A stretch of 64,000 nucleotides of DNA from Bacteroidales bacterium (GTDB taxonomy: Bacteria; Bacteroidota; Bacteroidia; Bacteroidales; UBA3824), in assembly GCA_024413595.1 (NCBI GenBank), contig JAKSUC010000006.1, positions 2,339 to 66,338 on the forward strand. The letters are read 5' to 3'. The stretch's first letter is position 1. Each line of letters opens with the position of its first letter. The position numbers and the translations under genes were made by a program. Under the pieces are notes generated by a model. It did not search any database. It was given only the letters and a program-made list of their open reading frames with translations, and had not been told where the DNA came from. Of the stretch, positions 58,606-64,000 are shown one piece after another.

Positions 58606-58835
58606 GTGTAGATTTTTTGATATTTATTTGTAATTTTAATAAAAGTTTTGTTTATGAATGGATTTCTACTGAATTATCAGGTATACCTTATGAAGCATAT
58701 ATATATCACTAATTTTAAAATTTATGTTTATACATTCTTAACTTTAACATAATCAACTTTCTTATAGGGTAAACATTTCTATTTGTGTTATCACATTAAA
58801 TAATCTTAGTTAGTTAATAAAAAAAAGTTTGCACT

Positions 58836-59321
58836 ATGAATACTTATACCATTGAAATTAAAGCTAGATGTAACAATCCTGAAAGAATTAAATCAATATT
58901 AAAAACTGTTGAAGCTCAATATCAAGGTTGTAATCACGAAACAGACTCTTATTTAAAAGAAAATAGTCAGATTTTAAAACTTCGTGAACGTGACAATAAA
59001 GTTACGATTTTTAAGTATTCTGAAGAAACTACAACAAGTAAACTTTGTGAACAAGTTTCTAATCATTTAATGAAAGAATTATTAATAAAAACTTGTGGAT
59101 TAGACAAAGTTGTAACTAAATTTCGTGAAATTTATGTTATTGATAATGTTAAAATCTACATTGATAAAGTTGAAGGATTAGGAAATTTTGTTGAAATTGA
59201 AGCCTCTGATGATTATGAAAATCAAGACTCTACTCTTCAAAAATGTAAATTTTATTTAAGTCTTCTTGGTATTAAAGATAGAGATATAATTCCATTCTCT
59301 TATTTTGATATTGCTGTGTAA
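58836..59321 (+). CDS. CYTH-domain protein (class IV adenylate cyclase / triphosphate tunnel metalloenzyme family)
   Basis: 161 aa with the N-terminal ExExK signature (TIEIKAR), ILKLRE and the late acidic strand FVEIEA. Confidence 0.7.
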   Translation: MNTYTIEIKARCNNPERIKSILKTVEAQYQGCNHETDSYLKENSQILKLRERDNKVTIFKYSEETTTSKLCEQVSNHLMKELLIKTCGLDKVVTKFREIYVIDNVKIYIDKVEGLGNFVEIEASDDYENQDSTLQKCKFYLSLLGIKDRDIIPFSYFDIAV

Positions 59322-59346
59322 AATACGATAATTCAATTATATATTT

Positions 59347-59375
59347 AAGGCTTTGCATTTTTTTACAAAGCCTTT
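59347..59375. terminator. Hairpin between convergent CYTH and AAA+ genes
   Basis: aaggctttg-(11 nt T-rich loop)-caaagcctt, a 9-bp perfect stem. Confidence 0.6.
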
Positions 59376-59382
59376 ATTATGA

Positions 59383-60579
59383 TTAATATAAAAATCCTAT
59401 AATCCACAAAGGAAGTTTTTTCCCTATTGGATATTCTATATTGTCTGCTAGTATATATGAATTAGGAATATTAGCAATTTGTTCAAAAGTTTTATCAGAA
59501 CCACCTACCTCAAAAGTTATTTTTCCATCAATTTTAAAATCTCCTAATTCTTTGCCATATTCAACTTCGTGTTTTTCTATTAGTTGATTTACTGCAAAAC
59601 ATTCTCTTATTGTCCCAATATTAGGATTATTAGTTAAAGTGTATAAAAAATTAGAATTTTGAATTAAAATTTTGTCTGGCTTTTGAAGTTTACTTACTGA
59701 TTTATTATTAGAATAAATAAGATTTATAATTTGAGCGCGATTTAAAGCTGATAAATAATGAAGAGTTGTTTGTTTGTTAATTTCCAAATATGTTGAAAGT
59801 TTTGCAATATTAACGTCAAATGGAACATTGTTAGCAAGAAACATAATTAAGGCTTTAATTTTTCTTGTATAAGCTTGATCAATTCCACAAAATTGAGTAA
59901 TTTCTTGATCAATAATAAATTCAATTACATTTTCTAAACGACTATAATATTCAATTTCATTTCCATCATAAAAAGGATAAAAACCAAATTTAAGATATTC
60001 TTCAAACATTTTTTGTGGTTTACATACTGAATTTACCTTTTCGCAAATGTCATCTGCATTATTTAATATATCTTCTAATTTGTATTTAGGTAATTTTATC
60101 CCTTTATAAAACAATAAATATTCTCTAAAAGATAATCCTTCCATAGTATAGGATAATACTCTTCTTGATAAATCTGCATCAGCATTAAGAATTTGTATAA
60201 GAGATGAACCACTAAATGTAATTTTTAATTTAGGATATAAGTCGTTTAATTCTTTAATTTCTTTGCTCCATGTAGGATATTTGTGAACTTCATCAAGAAA
60301 TAAATGTTTGCCTCCAATTTGATAAAAACGTTCAGCTAAATCTAATAATGAATGATTGCTAAAATATAAACTATCCAAAGCACAATATAATGCTTCACCA
60401 GGATTTACACCATAAGTTTTTTTTATATATTGACGAATAAGAGTTGTTTTTCCAACACCTCTTGACCCTTTTATTGCTACTAAAGATTTTTGCCATGCAA
60501 TAGTGTTAGTAATATCTCTAATTATATCTGTACTAACTTGAGAAATAAGAATTCTGTGTTTTTTGAATAGAGTATCCAT
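59383..60579 (-). CDS. AAA+ ATPase with DUF4143-type C-terminal domain (COG1373-like)
   Basis: The start at ATG 60579 gives MDTLFKKHR. It has Walker A GSRGVGKTT and Walker B HLFLDEVH. The C-terminal GDFKIDGKITFEVGGSDK resembles a PD-(D/E)xK nuclease core. Confidence 0.8.
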   Translation of the reverse strand: MDTLFKKHRILISQVSTDIIRDITNTIAWQKSLVAIKGSRGVGKTTLIRQYIKKTYGVNPGEALYCALDSLYFSNHSLLDLAERFYQIGGKHLFLDEVHKYPTWSKEIKELNDLYPKLKITFSGSSLIQILNADADLSRRVLSYTMEGLSFREYLLFYKGIKLPKYKLEDILNNADDICEKVNSVCKPQKMFEEYLKFGFYPFYDGNEIEYYSRLENVIEFIIDQEITQFCGIDQAYTRKIKALIMFLANNVPFDVNIAKLSTYLEINKQTTLHYLSALNRAQIINLIYSNNKSVSKLQKPDKILIQNSNFLYTLTNNPNIGTIRECFAVNQLIEKHEVEYGKELGDFKIDGKITFEVGGSDKTFEQIANIPNSYILADNIEYPIGKKLPLWIIGFLY

Positions 60580-60602
60580 AATTTTATTTTTTGTAAAAAT
60601 AA

Positions 60603-60655
60603 TAAAGGTTATTCTAATAACCAAAAAATTGCAAAAAAAGGTTGTTGTAATAACC
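60603..60655. repeat. Two tandem copies (32-bp spacing) of a palindromic 19-mer AAAGGTT(A/G)TT(C/G)TAATAACC, just upstream of the AAA+ gene
   Basis: 60603-60621 reads aaaggttattctaataacc and 60635-60653 reads aaaggttgttgtaataacc (17 of 19 identical). Each copy contains the inverted half-sites GGTTnTT/AATAACC. Confidence 0.75.
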
Positions 60656-60728
60656 TATTTTTGTAAAAATCATCACCTATACCTAAAGATTTTTCTAACT
60701 ATTTTAAATTTAATTTGCTTAAATGATA

Positions 60729-61331
60729 TTATTTTTTGTTTTCTTTATCAATTAAAAAATATTTTACTTTCATATCTTTAAAATTAGAAATACTTGTAGA
60801 ATTAAAATTCTGATTATTAGAAAAATGTAGTCCACATTCTGGACAAATATCTTCAAATCCAGATAATAATTTTCCACATGCAGGACATAATAATTGTTTT
60901 GAAATACTAATGTTAGAATTTAATGGGGTAGGAGAGGAGAAACTTGACAATATTTTTTCTATTGAAGTAACTATGAAATTTTTAGTGATAGTAAAATTTA
61001 TAAAATAAATTATCCAAAATATTATAAATCCCCAAAATATGTAGTTACCAATGTTGCCTTTAAATAAAAACATTCCTATTAAAAGAATAGTAAATAATAT
61101 AATTAAAAGATTGGTATTGTTGAATTTATATTCAATTTTATCGTTAATTTCAATATTGATTTGATATTTAAATTTTAACACATTGTTTTTAAGAGTGGCT
61201 TCAAATTTATTGTTAGAAATATTATGTTCTAAAGGAGAAAGTAAATTAATTAAATTGTCAAAAAAAAGTTTCTTTTTAAATCCTTTTTGTTGAAAATCAA
61301 TAATTCCCGAAGATAAAAATAAGTTCATCAT
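60729..61331 (-). CDS. Hypothetical two-TM membrane protein with C-terminal zinc ribbon
   Basis: The start at ATG 61331 (MMNLFL) is supported by the -7 box at 61350-61357. It has two adjacent TM segments (LLIILFTILLIGMFLF and YIFWGFIIFWIIYFINF) and CPACG-x11-CPECG. Confidence 0.55.
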   Translation of the reverse strand: MMNLFLSSGIIDFQQKGFKKKLFFDNLINLLSPLEHNISNNKFEATLKNNVLKFKYQINIEINDKIEYKFNNTNLLIILFTILLIGMFLFKGNIGNYIFWGFIIFWIIYFINFTITKNFIVTSIEKILSSFSSPTPLNSNISISKQLLCPACGKLLSGFEDICPECGLHFSNNQNFNSTSISNFKDMKVKYFLIDKENKK

Positions 61332-61349
61332 ATATGTATTGACTTTTTG

Positions 61350-61357
61350 CAAAAATA
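61350..61357 (-). promoter_or_regulatory. -7 box TATTTTTG for the Zn-ribbon membrane protein gene
   Basis: Plus strand caaaaata. It overlaps the TTG-extended ORF start (61352), which argues against that start. Confidence 0.4.
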
Positions 61358-61392
61358 GTTAAAAAAACATTTTATTAAATTCTTTATTTACT

Positions 61393-61400
61393 TAAATTTG
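61393..61400 (+). promoter_or_regulatory. -7 box TAAATTTG upstream of ispB
   Basis: Matches TAnnTTTG, 54 nt upstream of the ATG at 61454. Confidence 0.35.
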
Positions 61401-61453
61401 CTTGAATTAGTAATATTCTATAATTTTACTTTTTAAAATATAAGAAGAAAATT

Positions 61454-62428
61454 ATGTCAGTAATAGACGAAATAAAAGCCCCGATAAGTGAAGAATTACA
61501 ACAATTTAAGCCCTATTTTGAGCAAAAAATGTTGTCAAATAGTCGAAAGCTGAATTTTGTAGTAAAATATGCTCTTAAAACCAAAGGCAAACAAATGCGT
61601 CCAATGATAGTTTTTTTGTCTGCCAAACTTTTAGGAAATATTACGCAATCAACTTATACTGCTTCTGCGTTAATAGAATTACTTCATACAGCAACATTAG
61701 TTCATGATGATGTTGTTGATGAGTCGTTTTATCGTCGTGGTTTATTTTCAATTTTTGCATTATTTAAAGCAAAAATTGCAGTTTTGTTAGGTGATTTTTT
61801 TCTTGCTAAAGGTCTTTTGCTTAGTTTAGAAAATAATGAATACGAATTACTAAAAATAGTTTCTGAAGCCGTAAAAGAAATGTCAGAAGGCGAACTTGAT
61901 CAACTTGAACATGCTCGTCAATTAGATACAACAGAAGAAGATTATTTTGAAGTTATTCGTAAAAAAACTGCAACTTTAATTTCGGCTTGTTCTGCTACAG
62001 GTGCTTATTCTGCTGGTGCAAATCCTGAACAAATGTCTATTATGAAAGAATTTGGAACTAAATTAGGTATTGCTTTTCAAATTAAAGACGATTTGTTTGA
62101 TTATCAAAAAACTGGATTAATTGGTAAACCTAAATTTAATGATATTCAAGAACGTAAACTTACGCTTCCTGTTATTTTCGCATTAAAAAACGGTTCTATT
62201 AATGAAAGTTTTTCTATTCGCAAAATTTTTAAAAAGAAACTAAAATCAAAAAGTGATATTCATAACATTGTTGATTTTGTTTTTAAAAATGGTGGTGTTG
62301 AATATTCTGTAAATAAAATGAACAGTTTAAAAGATGAGGCTATTGCGTTACTTAATAATTTTCCAGACTCTGACGCAAAAACAGCTTTAATTAAATTGGC
62401 TGAATATGTTGTTAATAGAGATAAATAA
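61454..62428 (+). CDS. ispB: Polyprenyl (octaprenyl-type) diphosphate synthase
   Basis: 324 aa with a first DDxxD motif in LVHDDVVDES and a second in FQIKDDLFD. Confidence 0.9.
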   Translation: MSVIDEIKAPISEELQQFKPYFEQKMLSNSRKLNFVVKYALKTKGKQMRPMIVFLSAKLLGNITQSTYTASALIELLHTATLVHDDVVDESFYRRGLFSIFALFKAKIAVLLGDFFLAKGLLLSLENNEYELLKIVSEAVKEMSEGELDQLEHARQLDTTEEDYFEVIRKKTATLISACSATGAYSAGANPEQMSIMKEFGTKLGIAFQIKDDLFDYQKTGLIGKPKFNDIQERKLTLPVIFALKNGSINESFSIRKIFKKKLKSKSDIHNIVDFVFKNGGVEYSVNKMNSLKDEAIALLNNFPDSDAKTALIKLAEYVVNRDK

Positions 62429-62440
62429 AAAAATATTATT

Positions 62441-63040
62441 ATGAAAACTAAATTCTTTTTAATTCTTACTTCGATAATTGTTTTATTGTCAGTAGGTTGC
62501 AAACCAGTTAGTCAATTAGCTACTTTTATAAAATGTGATTTTGATTTTATAAGTGTTTCAAACGTTAAAGTTGCAGATATTAATGTTAATTCTATTCATA
62601 AATATTCTGACTTTACATTGGTAGACGTTGCTAAATTGTTGAAAGCATTTAAGGATAAAAACTTTATTTTATCTTTAACTGTAAATGTAAATGCAAAAAA
62701 TCCTAATCCTAAAACAGCAACATTAGCAGGATTTGATTATATTCTTTGGATAGATGATATTCAAGTATTAACAGGTTCTATGGATCAAAAATTTGTTATA
62801 GAACCAAATCAATCTATTGATATGCCAATGAATTTTGATGTAGATTTACTTGAAGTTTTGAGAAGTGAAAGTCGTGATAAAATTTTAAGTTTTGGCTGTG
62901 GACTTGCAACAAATAATGCAGATGCTTCTCGTGTAAAATTATCTTTGAAACCTTATCTTAAAAACGATAATAAAATTACAAAATTTCCTACATATATCAC
63001 AATTGGTGGTGACAAAATTATGCCTTCTAATTTAAACTAA
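62441..63040 (+). CDS. LEA_2 / NDR1-HIN1-like lipoprotein
   Basis: 199 aa with lipobox LLSVGC. NVNAKNPNPKTATLAGFDYILWIDDIQVLTG matches the LEA type 2 (water-stress / hypersensitive-response) fold pattern. Confidence 0.55.
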   Translation: MKTKFFLILTSIIVLLSVGCKPVSQLATFIKCDFDFISVSNVKVADINVNSIHKYSDFTLVDVAKLLKAFKDKNFILSLTVNVNAKNPNPKTATLAGFDYILWIDDIQVLTGSMDQKFVIEPNQSIDMPMNFDVDLLEVLRSESRDKILSFGCGLATNNADASRVKLSLKPYLKNDNKITKFPTYITIGGDKIMPSNLN

Positions 63041-63061
63041 ATGTTTAATTAAATATATAAA

Positions 63062-63099
63062 ATAAGTTGTAAGATTAATTCTTACAACTTATTTTTTTT
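63062..63099 (+). terminator. Intrinsic terminator
   Basis: ataagttgtaag-attaatt-cttacaacttat (12-bp perfect stem) followed by 8 T. Confidence 0.85.
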
Positions 63100-63172
63100 A
63101 TAAAATCTTAATTTTTTGCACCTATTTAATTTTTTCGTATCTTGCATAATTAATATTAAAAAAATAATAGTT

Positions 63173-64000
63173 ATGAAAAATCCATTTTGCCTTAGCTTTT
63201 TATTGTTTATGTTGATTTCAAATTTTGTTTATGGTCAAATTGAAATTAACGCATCTGATTTTGCAAGCGAAGGTGATGGATATATTTATGCAGTTAAACA
63301 TTTTAAACCAAAAGAATTATATATAACTGATTTAGAAACTAAAAAATGGAATGTGTCTGATATTGAACCAGATGATTTTGATACTTTGCGTATTTATAAT
63401 AAAGATAGAAGTAAATTTGGAAAACTTTTTTCAAATTCTAATCTAGTAAAATTTCATAGTCGTAGAGATATGGAATTTATTTATAAAGATACAAATTCTA
63501 TAAAATTAGAAGGTTTAGTAAATGATTATTTAGGTTTAAAGACTTCTGTTTTATTGGTTTTTCCAAGAGAATTAGATTTATATAAATTTCCTATAAAACA
63601 AGGAACTTATTTAAGAGACTCTATCCAAAAAAAGTTTGTTTCTTGCTACGGACTTACACAATTTGCCGACTCTGTTAGAATGGATATTGATATGGATCAT
63701 ACTGCATATTTTGATACATGTATCGAAGTGAAAACACCTTATGAAAAATATTTTGCTCTTCGTGAAAAAAATACTGTTATTAAAATTATAACTGCTTACA
63801 AAAATAGTCATTTTATAGGTTGGACTCCAGCATCTGAATATAGTGTTAAAGAAAAAATTATTACATATCGTTTTTTTGTAAAAAATGTTGGTGCACCTGT
63901 TATGGAAGTGGTTTCTGATCATAATGGTATGGTTTCGTTGATTAGATATCAATTTATAGAACCCATGACTGTTGAATTATCAAAAACAGATGTAAATTGT
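63173..64000 (+). CDS. Hypothetical secreted protein, 5' part (continues beyond window)
   Basis: Absent from the ORF track because it is open-ended. Hand translation from ATG 63173 gives MKNPFCLSFLLFMLISNFVYGQIEINASDF... with no stop through 64000 (276 codons). It has a signal peptide. It makes the antisense ORF 63611-63952 spurious. Confidence 0.6.
   Translation, partial: MKNPFCLSFLLFMLISNFVYGQIEINASDFASEGDGYIYAVKHFKPKELYITDLETKKWNVSDIEPDDFDTLRIYNKDRSKFGKLFSNSNLVKFHSRRDMEFIYKDTNSIKLEGLVNDYLGLKTSVLLVFPRELDLYKFPIKQGTYLRDSIQKKFVSCYGLTQFADSVRMDIDMDHTAYFDTCIEVKTPYEKYFALREKNTVIKIITAYKNSHFIGWTPASEYSVKEKIITYRFFVKNVGAPVMEVVSDHNGMVSLIRYQFIEPMTVELSKTDVNC

Noticed and set aside
58606-58835. Expected yidD (membrane insertion efficiency factor) or another small gene downstream of rnpA, and a TGTG-ttat-CACA inverted repeat at 58784-58795 as a CRP-type site in front of the CYTH/cyclase-like gene
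   Set aside because: The only ORF here is a 32-aa MNGFLLNYQVYLMKH... peptide without the YidD cysteine motif. The inverted repeat has the wrong spacing for a TGTGA-N6-TCACA CRP site and only 4-5 bp arms, which is likely chance in AT-rich DNA.
951-63952. Many 60-150-aa ORFs nested inside or antisense to long genes. Examples: 951-1175, 1292-1540, 2256-2462, 2566-2877, 3872-4150, 4635-4820, 4895-5113, 5196-5576, 5761-6057, 18372-18824, 19732-19998, 21723-21962, 23203-23439, 48986-49201, 52354-52644, 53529-53765, 63611-63952.
   Set aside because: All are fully contained in, or antisense to, ORFs with strong family motifs. They have L/F/I/Y-rich low-complexity translations, no promoter box and no recognisable motif. 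I treat them as shadow ORFs of an AT-rich genome.
1-64000. CRISPR arrays, IS elements or transposases, integrases, prophage or conjugative genes, rRNA, tmRNA and RNase P RNA
   Set aside because: I scanned the intergenic regions for regularly spaced repeats and GC-rich structured patches. Only the two tRNAs stand out, and no ORF shows DDE transposase, tyrosine or serine recombinase, or phage structural motifs.

Overview
Strongly AT-rich chromosomal segment from a member of the Bacteroidota. The evidence is a full-length T9SS translocon gene sprA directly downstream of ruvA, phylum-typical DUF families, TAnnTTTG -7 promoter boxes upstream of many genes, and almost no Shine-Dalgarno sequences. 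I support 54 protein-coding genes (one truncated at each window edge), 2 tRNAs (Cys-GCA and a CAT-anticodon Met/Ile2) and about a dozen intrinsic terminators. Content is mostly housekeeping: cysS, dnaG, nadA, rpiB, hemW, dut, ybeY, mnmG, ade, uvrC, recO, ruvA, hemD, rnpA, ispB, tsaB, two futalosine-pathway menaquinone genes, and the conserved dut-TPR-DUF4292-M23 envelope cluster. I saw no rRNA, CRISPR array, transposase, integrase or phage genes, so I cannot point to a clear-cut novel multi-gene system. The stretches I would re-examine are these. (1) An orphan SLATT/DUF4231 two-TM effector-like gene lies divergent from a SiaC-like DUF1987 gene at 3.7-5.1 kb. (2) A 539-bp T-skewed intergenic spacer between divergent nadA and rpiB carries a perfect DnaA box, near-consensus boxes and an array of TTGTTAACA-like 9-mers, which could be oriC or a complex operator region. 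(3) A small islet between rnpA and ispB holds a CYTH protein, an AAA+ ATPase with DUF4143 and a nuclease-like tail, and a Zn-ribbon membrane protein, with a duplicated palindromic operator-like element. (4) Partner-switch parts are dispersed: one RsbW/SiaB-like kinase and two DUF1987 paralogs. (5) A TMTC-like GT-C/TPR membrane protein sits next to a secreted MORN-repeat protein. All functional calls rest on motifs I read in the translated ORFs; no database search was run.
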